A DNA stretch of 64,000 nt from Octopus sinensis (Eukaryota). Shown one piece after another: positions 25,761 through 38,927 of the stretch. Within the stretch, counting starts at the first letter, position 1; each line of letters opens with the position of its first letter. The stretch spans positions 58,528,001 through 58,592,000 of the forward strand of contig NC_043000.1 of the NCBI RefSeq assembly GCF_006345805.1, read 5' to 3'. The notes beneath the pieces are model-generated. The model ran no database searches, was not told the origin of the DNA, and saw only the letters and a program-made list of their open reading frames with translations. Position numbers and translations under genes: made by a program.

Positions 25761-26111
25761 TTTTGAAAGACCCCTTGGTTCCATAAGAGGAAGATATGTA
25801 TAAGCTTTTTTCATGTTATTCTTCACATTTAATCACAGATATTTTTATTCTGATGCATAACTTTATATCTTACATTTTGTATTTGACATTATATACTTAA
25901 CTTTATAATTATGAATTAGTATACATATATTAATATTATAATGTATAATTTATAATTTGAATTCTTAATTTTATATAGTATAATTTTAAATTTTTAATGT
26001 TTGATTTAATGCTTAATTTTAAGGTGATTTAGAATTAGATTAACAATATTTAGAAAAAGAACCTGAAGATGTGTTGAAATAATTAAAAATCTGATGAGTG
26101 CATATATATAT

Positions 26112-26584
26112 AGAATTTAGAGACAAACCGCTATTTAGTTATTCCATCAATAATTTAAAGATATTATCTATAATAACCACATGAAAATTAATAAAAATAT
26201 CTTATAATTATTATTCTGAAAATCTCATAACAAAGCAAACGTTAAATTGACTACGCGCGTTTCATGACTAAATATATAAATTTAATAATATTAAAATTTA
26301 ATATTAATTCAAGTTTAAAATATTTGGCCACTCTTCAGGTAAACAAATAACGTAAATAAATTTAGATATAATAAAACATTAAATATAAAAATATATGTAT
26401 ATTAACATTAAATAATTCGATAAAATTTAGCAATATTAATGTAAAGCATAGTTAATTTAATGTTTTATTTGTTATGAGATTTTTTAGAATAATGATTATA
26501 ATTTCTATTAATTTCTATGTGGTTATTATAGGTAATATCTATTCACTGTTGATGGAATAACTAAATAGTGGTTTGTCTCTAAAT

Positions 26585-26587
<3 letters not shown>
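26112..26587. repeat. Imperfect inverted repeat (arms about 150 bp) between TA/TC tracts
   Basis: AGAATTTAGAGACAAACCGCTATTTAGTTATTCCATCAA is mirrored by TTGATGGAATAACTAAATAGTGGTTTGTCTCTAAATTCT. Confidence 0.85.
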
Positions 26588-26643
<56 letters not shown>

Positions 26644-26766
26644 GTGAATTTTGATTTAGTGCACTAAATTGAAAATTTTCCCTGTTAGCTTGGAATTATT
26701 ACATTCCCTAATTATTAATAATATATATAACTACATATATCAATATATATATATGTATATACATAC

Positions 26767-26840
<74 letters not shown>

Positions 26841-27050
26841 ATAATAATAAGGGGTAAAATAATTAATTCATTAATAATTAATAATTTTACCAAGTAGTTC
26901 GGCATGTTAAAAGAACCATTATCGGTAATCTTATACAAAAATTCTATAATTATAAGCATAATTATAATTAGGGTTCAGCAAAAATTGCTACACCACATAC
27001 CAAAATTTAGAAATAGCAGTTAAATACTATTCCACTACCATAAGATATAA

Positions 27051-27394
27051 GGCGCAGGAGTGGCTGTGTGGTAAGTAGCTTGCTTACCAACTACATAGCC
27101 TCGGGCCGACCAAAGCCTTGTGAGTCGATTTGGTAAACGGAACCTGAAAGAAGCCCGTCATGTATATGTATATATATATATGTGTGTATATGTTTGTGTG
27201 TCTGTGTTAGATCCTCCAACATCGCTTGACAACCGATGCTGGTGTGTTTACGTCCCGTAACTTAGCGGTTCGGCAAAAGAGACCGATAGAATAAGTACTA
27301 GGCTTACAAAGTATAAGTCCTGGGCTCGAGTTGCTCGACTAAAGGCACTGCTCCAGCATGGCCACACTCAAATGACTGAAACAAGTAAAAGAGA

Positions 27395-27395
<1 letters not shown>
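27051..27395 (+). mobile_element. tRNA-derived SINE with CR1-like tail (same family as 11148)
   Basis: GGCGCAGGAGTGGCTGTGTGGTAAG head; tail ..CCAGCATGGCC..CTGAAACAAGTAAAAGAG. Confidence 0.85.
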
Positions 27396-27443
<48 letters not shown>

Positions 27444-27831
27444 CAGATATTATAAACTTCCAATACTGAAACACGTGTAGTTCCTTCATAATTGATAATT
27501 TTAGATTTAACTTAAGTAGGAGATAATTAAGGCAGTATACTGGTTATATCCTTTAAAGTATTATTTTGTGATGTGCAAATAGCTACCACGAGTTCACCTT
27601 CAGATATACTTATTAAGTTATAGTTTGTATTATCTGAAATAGAATACCAGCATATCTATTAATCCTAAAAACCTAATTGTTATTGATTTCTATTATACAT
27701 TTTGTATATTTCTAGATAAATATATAAAATATATGATAAAATAGACCCCACTGTACAATATGCAGAGACACATAATGCTAAAGGGTTGTACCTGATTTAT
27801 TTGGAAATACGTTTTCCCAAATTATTTAAAG

Positions 27832-27832
<1 letters not shown>

Positions 27833-27887
<55 letters not shown>

Positions 27888-28181
27888 ATGTATGTATGTA
27901 TATATGTATGTATATATGTATGTATGTATATATATATATGTATGTATGTATATATATGAATATATATGTATATATATATATTATATATATATGTATATAT
28001 ATATGTGTATATGTATATGTATATATATGAATATATATGTATGTATATATATGTATGAATATATATGTATGTATATATATGTATATATATATATGTATAT
28101 ATATATGTGTATATATATGCATATATATATGCATATATATATATATGTATTTATATATATATATGTATATAAATATATATA

Positions 28182-28214
<33 letters not shown>

Positions 28215-28217
28215 ATG
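27833..28217. repeat. Compound (TA)n/(TATG)n microsatellite
   Basis: Direct reading of the sequence. Confidence 0.95.
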
Positions 28218-29610
28218 AAGTCCATAGAAGTCCTATGAAATATAAATCCTGGAACAATGCTAGTGCTATCAACAGGCCACCGTGATGTGCTTTGTCTACA
28301 TTGCAGCAGCCTTTGATTCGTTGGATCCTACCAGCTAATGGAAGGTCATGAGGTGAGACGGATTTCCAACCAAGGTCCTCAACTTTATCCGTGTGTATTA
28401 TACCCATACATGAACAAGAGTACGGTCCTATAGAGAGGAATCCAATTTCTTCACCGTTCATACAGGTGTTCGCCAAGGTTGTGTCCTATCGCCCGTTCTT
28501 TTCAATTTCATCGATTGGCTACTCAGCCAAGGTCTAGATCAGGCTTAACCAACTTTAAACACAGAAAGTTTTTTGAGGGCCGCTTGTATACTGACAGAAT
28601 TGAAAGAATTTTGCTTTCTCATGCTATTATTACGATAATGAATGAATGATCGTTGATTCAACATGAAATATTATCCTTGCAAAAACAATAGTATCTTTCT
28701 TGTTTACTTTTTATTACAATCTTTAATTTTTGATAAAATTTTTAAAACGTTTGTTTAAATAAACCCATTTCAAGAAAGTGTCAAGCAGGCCACAAAATAA
28801 AGTCTGCAGGCTACATGCGGCCCGTGGGCCTCAGGTTAACCAGCTCTGGTCTAGATGGTCTCTCGGGGCCAGGATAGGAAGCAATTTCTTGGTCACTGAC
28901 CTTTACTTTGCCGACGATGTTGCCACCCTAGGGGAGTCCTATGGCAATATCCAACATGCTCTTGATGGGATAAACCTCACCGCTGCAAGAATTGGAATGA
29001 AGATCAACGCCTTGAAAACGAAAGTCGTCTCAGCCAACATACCTCCTTCTTCCAAGGTTACTATTCATCTTGATGGAGAGGCAGAGGAAAAGGTTAAGGA
29101 GTTCAAATGTCTCGGATCCACCTTTACCACCACTGGTCAGGAGAAATACAAGAACTCCATTTGGATCAATCGTACATAGTCGATCTTCTAACACCCCATA
29201 AGTGCTTGTGGTCATACTAAGAAATCCACCTCGCAACAAAATGCCGTATTTACCAGGCGCTTGTCTGAACTGTTCTGCTCTATGGTTGTGAGACCTGGCC
29301 AATGCGTGTTGCTGATCTTCAGAAGTTGAAAGTCTTTGATCGCTTCTGTATTCATCGTCGTCTTTGACTGCATATCTCAGGCTGCGTTTCAAACTGACAA
29401 CTTTACGCTCACTACTGTCTCTCATCCCTTGTAGAAACTCTTCTGACGAGGAGACTGCAGTGATTTGCCCACACATTGGGACGCCAATATGATGAACTCA
29501 ATCTGAAGGTGACACTTCTAGTTCTTCCCTCAGGTTGGCATAAGCAGAGGGGTGGCCAGCTGAAGACGTGGCTCACGACAGTTATGGAACTTGATTCATG
29601 ACACAGTGAA
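28218..29610 (+). mobile_element. Degenerate RTE-clade LINE RT, interrupted by a hAT MITE
   Basis: [60 protein letters not shown]. Confidence 0.85.
28540..28848. mobile_element. hAT (Charlie-like) MITE
   Basis: 8-bp target duplication GTCTAGAT at 28532-28539 and 28849-28856; CAG...CTG termini; subterminal GCGGCCCGTGGGCC. Confidence 0.8.
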
Positions 29611-30116
29611 CTCAATAGGAGCAAACTTAACCCCTCTTACAACAACAACAGCAGCAGAAAAGATTTGTAAGATATGCTAAAGATACATCTGAGATTCTTT
29701 AGGTGAAAATGTGTGCATCATCAGCTCAACCAACACATCTCAACCACTTACTTACAAACATCGGGAACTCTCTTAAATAAATAGGTCTTGTCGGTGTCTA
29801 ACGACCGGCTTAAACTATCTTAGATAAAACTCAAAGTAAAACATACACGTGCATATGTGTGTATTTGTATGTTTGTAACAGGTATCGTATTTTCAGTGCA
29901 TATGGTCTTTTATGTTTTACTTGTTCAGTCATTAGACTTCGGCCATTCTGGGGCACTACCTTGAAGAATTTTCGTCGAACGAATCAACTTATTTTCGTTT
30001 TTAAGTCTCTATTGGTCTCTTCTGTCAAAGCGTTAAGTTGCAGGGATGTTAACACATCAATGCCAATTGTCAAGCAGTGTTAGAAGACAAACACAGACAC
30101 AAACACACACACTCCA

Positions 30117-30270
<154 letters not shown>

Positions 30271-30292
30271 TATATTATATATATATATATAT

Positions 30293-30351
<59 letters not shown>

Positions 30352-30379
30352 TATATATATATATATATATATATTATAT

Positions 30380-31287
30380 AACAAAAGCCAGCGTAACTGG
30401 ACGAAAGTAGAGCTGGAAGTTTTCATCAGAGGATGGACCTCGGCCGACAGATCGCAACCAACTAAAAACATAGTGGCGACCCTGAAAAGCCATGGCTTTA
30501 TGAGGACGTTGGCGCAGGTAGAGAGGAAGAAAAGAGAAGTTGAAAGGGCCTACACTCTCATTGCACCACACATGGCTTTGCTAAGCCAAGTCCTCAAGGT
30601 GGATAAAGACAAAGAGAGAGAGATGGAAACAGGAAACACCAACCACAGAGTGTCAAAAAATGACACACCCACAGCCACAGTCGAAGAAGGCAAGCAGGGC
30701 AAACAACAGATAGGCGGCGATGGGGAAACGGAAAATAACCACCCGGATGAAAATACCTATGCAGAAAGGAACCAGTGGACAACCGTCCAACGGAGGAAGA
30801 AAAAACAGAGAGGAACTGGGGACAAGAAAACCCAGATAACATGCAAATTCTTCCGGAATGGAACCTGCTGGCATGGAGAAACAGGGGAAGGATGCAGGTT
30901 CGCTCATCCCAGGCCCTATGGAATTGCATCAAACCCACTCGACCAAAATGCCTTAACCAAAACCAAGACCGAAACCAAAACCAGAACAAATTCAAGCTGC
31001 CCCAGAAATATGCAGACATAGTACGGAATGCCCCAACAAGGAGAAGGCGCACATTTGCAGAGGAAATGCAGACGGCGGCAGCAGAACAAAGAAATTTTGT
31101 GGAAATAGCAGAGAAAATTGTGGGACAACTGGCCTGGATACATCGTCTTCAGAGCCAGGGGCACTCACAACAGCACTCAAGACCACCACAATCAAGGGAC
31201 CCAGGGTGGCCACTGCTGACACCAGCCCAGGTGCCACACCGACAGCCTTTATTGACACCCCAAATATCTCACCAGTGCTTCTGCTGA
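30380..31287 (+). pseudogene. LINE ORF1 remnant with a CCCH zinc finger, probably split by a frameshift near 30920
   Basis: CKFFRNGTCWHGETGEGCRFAH in frame 30473..31021; a second overlapping frame 30775..31287. Confidence 0.55.
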
Positions 31288-34229
31288 ATGTCAGAGGTCT
31301 GGTGAAACCCACTAATATGAGTAAAATTCCTTACCTTAGGGACTTAAGCACAAGCAACCATGCAATATGCATAGCGCTGACTGAAACGCACCTGTCAAGC
31401 AGTATAGCAGATGCAGAAATACACGTACCAAAGTATACTGTTTTTCGGTCAGACAGGAAGGAAAGAACTCATGGTGGGGTTGCCCTGTACGTCCGTGAAG
31501 ATGTCACACCCATAGTACTGTTGACACACTCAAACTCAGTCTGTGACACACTGATAGTACACATGAAACAACCGAAAATAGTAATATGTGTCACATATCG
31601 GCCACCAGACACCCCTAGTCATGAAGGAGTGTTTGAAGATAGCCTCAGAAGAATAGAAGAAGTCCTGGACAAACTGGACCAGGGTAACACCATTCTACTG
31701 CTGGGAGATTTTAACCTTCCGAAAGTCAAATGGCCAGATGGCCATCTTCTCCCTGGAATGACATCACTTGAACAGAGACAGACAGAGTCCTTGTTGGCTC
31801 TCACACGCAAGTTTTTCATGGAACAAGCAGTGCTTCGGCCAACAAGAGGTGAGAATGTCTTGGACCTCTGTTTCACAAGCAACCCGATGCTCATCCACAA
31901 CATAATGGTAACACCTACAATTCTCTCAGATCACAACTTAGTAGAGGTAATGATATATGGTATGAGAGAGTTAGTTGAGACGCAGCCATTAGAAAATACC
32001 ACAGGCCTATCCAGTCTAAACTTCCATAAGGCAAACTGGAAGAAGATCAACGAAGAGATCCGAAAACATGACTGGAGTGACTTCATCACCACACAAGAGA
32101 CCAACACACATTTCCAACATTTCATGACAACAATACAGAACATATGCCATAAGTTTGTCCCGGAGAAAAAAGCCAGCGGGCATAGGAACGTTATTCCCAG
32201 AGACAGGAAAATACTTATGAGGCGAAGAGCTAAGCTCTCGAAGCAACTGAATGCACGGCAGAGAAACAATAAGGGACTCCACCTGAAACTTTTTGAAACG
32301 GAAACTGCACTCAAACTTTCCTATGAGAAGGAGAGGGCAGAGAGAGAAGCCAGGGCCATAGAGAATATTAAAACAAACCCTAAAGCTTTCTTTAAATTTG
32401 CGAAAGAAACCACCTCGGTACACTGCAAGATTGGCCCACTCTTTGATAAAAAGGGCTCTCTAACTGAGGACCCCCAAGGGATAAGTGAAATACTAAAGGA
32501 ACAGTATAAAAGTGTGTTCACATCCCCTCTGGGGCACATGCAAATCACAAACCCAGAAGTTTTCTTTGATGCCACAACACTCCAAAACCAAACAACAACC
32601 ATCGACCACATAGACATAACAGAGAGGGATGTAATATCTGCCATAGAAGAAATGAGAATAAACTCAGCTGCTGGACCAGATGGATTCCCAGCAGTCCTCC
32701 TAAAAACATGCAGGCATGCCCTAGCGGGACCACTGAAGATGCTCTTCAGTGGTTCCTTGGCTAACGGTAAACTGCCCAGGGCGCTAAAAGAAGGCACCAT
32801 ATGCCCTATCCACAAAGGAGGGAGTAGAGCAGAGGCCAAAAACTACAGGCCAGTCTCCCTGACGTCACACATAAGTAAGGTCATGGAACGAATCATCAGA
32901 AAAAAACTGATCACGTTCCTCGAAGAAACTAACCGTCTCACTGACACACAGCATGGCTTTCGCCCAGGAAGAAGCTGCCTTACGCAGCTGTTACAACACT
33001 ACGACTGGGTACTGAAACAACTACTGGATCGCTCACAGGTGGATGTGGTATATCTCGACTTTGCGAAGGCCTTTGACAAAGTCGACCACGGAGTGATATG
33101 TCACAAATTACTCAGACTCGGCATAACAGGAAAAGTAGGTGAGTGGATACATGACTTCCTGAAGGACAGAAGCCAGATGGTTGCAGCCAATGGAGCCCTC
33201 TCGGGAAAGACACCAATAGCAAGCGGGGTGCCACAGGGCACAGTCTTGGGACCCTTGCTGTTTTTGGTGGCGCTCTCTGACATGCCCTTGGTAGCACAAA
33301 CAACATCCCTCACTAGCTATGCTGATGACACAAAGGTAGCACAGGCAATTAAAAACCCAGCTGATGCTGACCTTTTACAACAAGATCTGGATGCCATATA
33401 CAAATGGGCTGAAGAAAACAACATGCAATTTAATGCTGGTAAATTTCAAGCCTTACAATATCAAGCTGTAAACACATATACATTACAACACAACTATACT
33501 GGTCCAGGAGGGATCGAAATCCCAGTATCGAAATCAATACGGGACCTGGGGATAGACATGAGTGACGATGCATCTTTTTCTTCACACATCGCGAAGGTGG
33601 CGACAATGTGCAGACGACTCACTGGCTGGATCCTGAGGACATTCCGGACAAGAGACTGCGAGACCATGTTGACACTATGGAGGACATTTGTCCTAAGCCG
33701 CCTAGACTACTGCTCCCAACTGTGGTCACCGCATAGTGTCAAACTAACCACAGAGCTTGAGACAATCCAAAGACATTTCACCAAGAGGATTTCCACCATG
33801 AAAGAAAAAAACTATTGGGAGAGGCTTAGGGAACTCAATTTGTACTCCTTGGAACGAAGACGAGAGAGATATGCAGTGATATACATATGGAAAATCCTGG
33901 AGGGACTAGCACCAAATTTTGGAATTGAGAGCTGTTCCAATCCCCGTACAGGTCGTCACTGTGTGGTGCCAAAGGTCCCGTCTTCCACATCCAGGGTAAG
34001 GAGCAGATACTGTAATAGCCTGGGGTTCAGGGGCCCTCAGCTGTTCAACAAACTGCCAAGAAAACTAAGAGATCTACATGATGCGGATGTGGACATTTTC
34101 AAAAAACATCTAGACAAGCTGCTTTCCGGGATCCCAGATGAACCCACTGCAAGGTACGAAGGTAACCTAAGGGCAGCAGCTACAAACTCTCTCTTAGATC
34201 AGTGGCCAGCCACGGCAAACTGGACTTAG
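31206..34229 (+). CDS. LINE ORF2: APE endonuclease and reverse transcriptase (1007 aa, start codon uncertain)
   Basis: LLNVRG, LTETHL, YRPP, GDFNLP, LDL, SDHN; NYRPVSLTS, QHGFRPGRSC, LDFAKAFD, GVPQGTVLGP, YADD, RDLGI, YWERLRELNLYSLERRR. Confidence 0.95.
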   Translation: MATADTSPGATPTAFIDTPNISPVLLLNVRGLVKPTNMSKIPYLRDLSTSNHAICIALTETHLSSSIADAEIHVPKYTVFRSDRKERTHGGVALYVREDVTPIVLLTHSNSVCDTLIVHMKQPKIVICVTYRPPDTPSHEGVFEDSLRRIEEVLDKLDQGNTILLLGDFNLPKVKWPDGHLLPGMTSLEQRQTESLLALTRKFFMEQAVLRPTRGENVLDLCFTSNPMLIHNIMVTPTILSDHNLVEVMIYGMRELVETQPLENTTGLSSLNFHKANWKKINEEIRKHDWSDFITTQETNTHFQHFMTTIQNICHKFVPEKKASGHRNVIPRDRKILMRRRAKLSKQLNARQRNNKGLHLKLFETETALKLSYEKERAEREARAIENIKTNPKAFFKFAKETTSVHCKIGPLFDKKGSLTEDPQGISEILKEQYKSVFTSPLGHMQITNPEVFFDATTLQNQTTTIDHIDITERDVISAIEEMRINSAAGPDGFPAVLLKTCRHALAGPLKMLFSGSLANGKLPRALKEGTICPIHKGGSRAEAKNYRPVSLTSHISKVMERIIRKKLITFLEETNRLTDTQHGFRPGRSCLTQLLQHYDWVLKQLLDRSQVDVVYLDFAKAFDKVDHGVICHKLLRLGITGKVGEWIHDFLKDRSQMVAANGALSGKTPIASGVPQGTVLGPLLFLVALSDMPLVAQTTSLTSYADDTKVAQAIKNPADADLLQQDLDAIYKWAEENNMQFNAGKFQALQYQAVNTYTLQHNYTGPGGIEIPVSKSIRDLGIDMSDDASFSSHIAKVATMCRRLTGWILRTFRTRDCETMLTLWRTFVLSRLDYCSQLWSPHSVKLTTELETIQRHFTKRISTMKEKNYWERLRELNLYSLERRRERYAVIYIWKILEGLAPNFGIESCSNPRTGRHCVVPKVPSSTSRVRSRYCNSLGFRGPQLFNKLPRKLRDLHDADVDIFKKHLDKLLSGIPDEPTARYEGNLRAAATNSLLDQWPATANWT

Positions 34230-34310
34230 AGAGGGTAGCAACAAGGGCGGTGCCCCAGCATGGCCTCAGCCGGATGGCTGAAACAAGTAAAAGAGTAAAA
34301 GAGTAAAAGA

Positions 34311-34852
<542 letters not shown>

Positions 34853-34853
<1 letters not shown>

Positions 34854-35132
34854 GGAGGCGCAATGGCCTAGTGGTTAGGGCAGCGGACTCGCGGTCGTAG
34901 GATCGCGGTTTCAATTCCCAGACCGGGCGTTGTGAGTGTTTATTGAGCGAAAACACCTAAAGCTCCCTGTGGTATTCTTTCGCCACAACTTTCTCCCACT
35001 CTTTCTTCTGTTGGCCTGCTCGCTTAGCCAGCGGGGTGGCGTCATTTGAAGGCTAAAACAATGCGAAGCGCATTGTGACCAGCGATGTGTAACAACATCT
35101 GATAGCCTGGTCGGTCATGGTGATTACGGTGA
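34853..35132 (+). mobile_element. tRNA-derived SINE with RTE-like tail
   Basis: Head TGGCCTAGTGGTTAG..GGTTTCAATTCC; tail TGTGACCAGCG..CTGGTCGGTCATGGTGATTACGGTGA. Confidence 0.8.
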
Positions 35133-35461
35133 TATATATATATATATATATACATTACATCTACGAAATCCAATCACAAGGATTTGGATTGGACAGCCTA
35201 GTGCTATAGCAGAAGACACTTGCTCAAGATACCACACTGTAGGACTGATCTGGGAACTACGTGGTTGGGAAGCAAGCCAATACTGCGCCTATATGATATA
35301 GATATATTATATACTGAATGTAAATAATTTAGAAAACACTCCACTTTTTAATAATAAAATATTTCTTCTTTGTTACTTAATTCCATTTAAATATTACACT
35401 GTAATTTCATGCTTTCTTGCCAATTGTTTCCATTTAGGAAGTATTATATTATTAACATGTA

Positions 35462-36495
35462 CAGGGTATTCAGGCTAAATTTGATGATATTTTATGCCTC
35501 CTTTTTATTCAGGAACAACTTAATGTATCGGTGAACAGTCAAAAGCATTGGACAGCATAAGGATGAAAGTTGTAATTGAGAAAGCATCAGTTAACATGGA
35601 GCACCAAAAGCTATCTGAATATTGGAAAAGAGTTATTTGTATCAGGATAATTGGCACAGGTTATCAAAATGCTGACATCATCACTGCAGCTCAATGCTCT
35701 GTGAACACTGTTAAGGTTATAAGACATGATATGGACTGCTGCAACAGAGACTACGAAGCTATGGCCAGCAGAAAAGGGACACAGCAGGCATTCTGACTGC
35801 ATCTGCATGGCAGAATCCATCCCTATGCCTTTGATCATGGCTTTAAGCTCAATTCAGATGGTTAAGTGAACCTGCTGCAGTCCCTGGCTGGAGAAGGTTG
35901 CTGCTGGAAGGCCATATGGGTGGTAGCAGGATTCAGCTCCTTGCCATACCAGTTAGAAATGGTTGAAGGAGAATTTCTATGACTTCACCAACCCCAATTT
36001 CTGGTCTCCTAATTCCCTCGAATGTAATCCCATAGATTACTATGTGCTGGGTGCGGTTAAGAAAGATGCTAACCCAAGCCTATTGCCAGACTCTGGTGCC
36101 TGGGAGTGCTTTAGATTATTCTGGGTCAGCACTAATTTGGAATAATACTAAAGTTGAGTTTCAAAATAAGTGTATAACTGAAGATCTGAGGGTGCACCTT
36201 TGAATAATGAGTGTCAGAGTCATCCAGTGCACCCCTTTAATGATGGTCATACACAAACTACTCTCTGCAACACCAAGACTGACCTGATGGCTAAGATCAA
36301 GGAGGTGTTTGAATGTCTTCCCAGGGACACAGTGAGAAATGCATGCATCATTTTCTGGAGACATCTTGAAACCATGATGTAAACTTATCTTCCAGCCATA
36401 ATCTTGGTGGTATTTTTTTCATTTTTTAAAATACTTGGATTATTGTGTTTTCTTTTACTTTTATGCAAACTGATAAATTTAGCCTGAACACCATG
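35462..36495 (+). mobile_element. Tc1/mariner-superfamily transposon relic (DDxD type)
   Basis: TIRs CAGGGTATTCAGGCTAAATTT and AAATTTAGCCTGAACACCATG with TA flanks. Transposase remnants QDSAPCH and FWSPNSLECNPIDYYV. Confidence 0.85.
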
Positions 36496-36812
36496 TATGT
36501 CTCTTTTATACTTATAATAGGCAATTTCTAACAGATGACATATCAATACTGCTTAAATTCATTAAATTTGATTCTTAAAAATAACAACAAAACAACAGCA
36601 CAAAATTATATTTGCATATTTATTGCTATAGTACATTGCTTGATAGAACTATGTGATGTTTTACGATCATGATTTTGTTGTTGACATATAAATTGTTTAA
36701 ACCTGTATATGAGAACACTGCTGAAATTAGCTTACGGTTTGTTACTATTGTTGGTCTGTGTAATTTGTGAAAGTAATTTGTGTTTTCTATATGCAACAAT
36801 TCATATAGCATG

Positions 36813-36844
<32 letters not shown>

Positions 36845-37437
36845 TGAAATGTTTCTTTAACTGAATGAGAAAACTTTAAGGACACTTAAAATGAAACAAA
36901 AAATTATAGTTAAGAGAACAAAAGTCAGTAAAAGAATAAAATCTTTGAAATACTTCTTTAATCAAACTAGTAATCAAAGCAAAATTACGTTCCAGAAATG
37001 TAAATCAAGGTTATATATAACAATTTTTTTTTAATTATTTATTATACAGTTAACATTCAAATTATATTTGATTCATTCTTTCTATTTTGTATCTGTAAAG
37101 ATATTTTATATAGTCAGTGTGTTGATATATTTAAATGACACATTATTATGTACAGATAAGTCTTTCACTATTGTGATTTTTGTCAGTAGAATTTGGGAAT
37201 ATTTAAAGTGTAGTCTTTCTCTTGAATTTGACCTTAATTGAGTGTAAATGCAACAATTGCAGTTTGCCAAATAAAATACCATTCACAAGCCTCTGGCATT
37301 GACTGAAATGCTACTTTTCTAATTACAGACTATGTAATTGTAGTACTAATTAGAATGGTTTGGACAATTTAAATGTACAAACAACTCAAGAGTCTTTGGT
37401 TTGCAGTAAATATTGCTACTTTTATTTAAATATATGG

Positions 37438-38927
37438 TTAGTTTGTCTGTACTTTTGGTAATCCATAGTCATCATTTGGAAATGCATGGTAGGCACTGCT
37501 TGTCTGGCTTTGTTTCAGGATTTTCTTTAATGCTCTCTTTCCAGCTTCATTTCTGTCATCAAAGAATGCTTCTAATGTATCCTTTTCCATGTAAACTTGG
37601 GAGATAGAATTCAAAAGCTGGTCAACCTTATCTGGAAATTGTTCAATTTGTCCATCAGGACCATCTTTGTTTCCTGATATTGATTTTTTACAGTTTTGTT
37701 CTTCAGGAGACACAGCTCCAGACATACCAATGCCGGTCCATGTTTTGAAACGACCCACCATGAAGTTTACTATTTCATACTCATTGCTTTGTTTGTCAAG
37801 ATCTTCTTTAACAGAGGCAAATGCTTCATTTAGAATTGAAAGGAACATATTTAATAAGATGAATGTGATTGTTACAACGAACATAGCAAATATCAGAGGA
37901 CAGAGAATTGGCTGGATAAGCTTCATCATATGGAAGTCAAACTTTCCCATCATCATTAGAAATCCAGTTTCTGCTGCTGTGATGAAGTTTGCAAAATCAC
38001 TCATCTCTCGGAAAAACAATAAATAGAATACTTGTACAAATGACAAGAAGAAAATCCAAAACACCAGACTGAAATTCAAAAGACTCGGTGCACTGTTTGT
38101 TAGTGTTGATGACAGCATGGACATTCGTTTGTTGAAGCGAAGTAGCTTCATGAATTTAAGAGTTGCAAGGAAGACCAACCAACCAACTATAATACAAAAC
38201 ATCTCGTTCCAGAAGGCTACATACTGAAATTTCATGTACTTGTTACCTTGGGTTTTTCTAAACAAATCGGTAAGACGTGTTGTCTCAAGTAGTTTATATA
38301 TAAATATAAACATTCCTGCAATGGACAAGCTTACAATTCCAAGCTCTACAAGGTTCCAAAACTCTTTTAAGTACTTCCTACGTAACTTGAGGAGAAGTTT
38401 CACTTCTTTTATCAGGAAATATATAAGGAAAAGGACAAAAATAACGTCACAGAGTGTCTGGAAAAGAGCAGCCTGTGTCATATATGGTAGCAGCATACAT
38501 GGTTCAAACCGATATGATGTTACAACGCCCCCTATTCTAGTGAATTCAGCTAATAAAGTACAAACTGTGAATAAGTTCACTTGAGGGTTATATATTGTGA
38601 ATTCAACGAAAACGGCTCTGGTTAATTTATCAATCCAACTGGTGTTTTGTAATCTCTCCATCATGGTTGTAAGTTTTGTCTTGCTACCTTTCAGTCTGGC
38701 TACATAACCTCCTCCACCATACATATTTAAACTACCATAGAATGGATAACCATCTAGTTTTGAGGAATCTTGGTACTGAAATTCATCAGCCAAATTACTG
38801 TATGTGCTGTTGAAACTTGGTGTATCCCAACCTTTTCCATACATTTCTTTGTCTTCATTAAAGAGTGAATACTCTTTATGACAGTCTAAACCAAGTGATT
38901 CAAACTGCTTGGCAATTTTACACTGTT
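37438..38927 (-). CDS. Polycystin-1-family (PKD1-like) gene, terminal exon: TOP domain, S2-S6 channel domain, C-tail
   Basis: YGGGGY, WIDKLTRAVFVEFTIYNPQVNLF, LKFMKLLRFN, LLNMFLSILNEAF. Acceptor TTTTTACAG, phase 1; stop at 37438. Confidence 0.95.

Noticed and set aside
27832-28476. YI/HT/CV-rich ORFs (also at 1888, 17863, 34565, 59299, 61010)
   Set aside because: Translations of microsatellites.
31619-33313. Antisense ORFs within LINE ORF2
   Set aside because: Shadow frames of a coding sequence.
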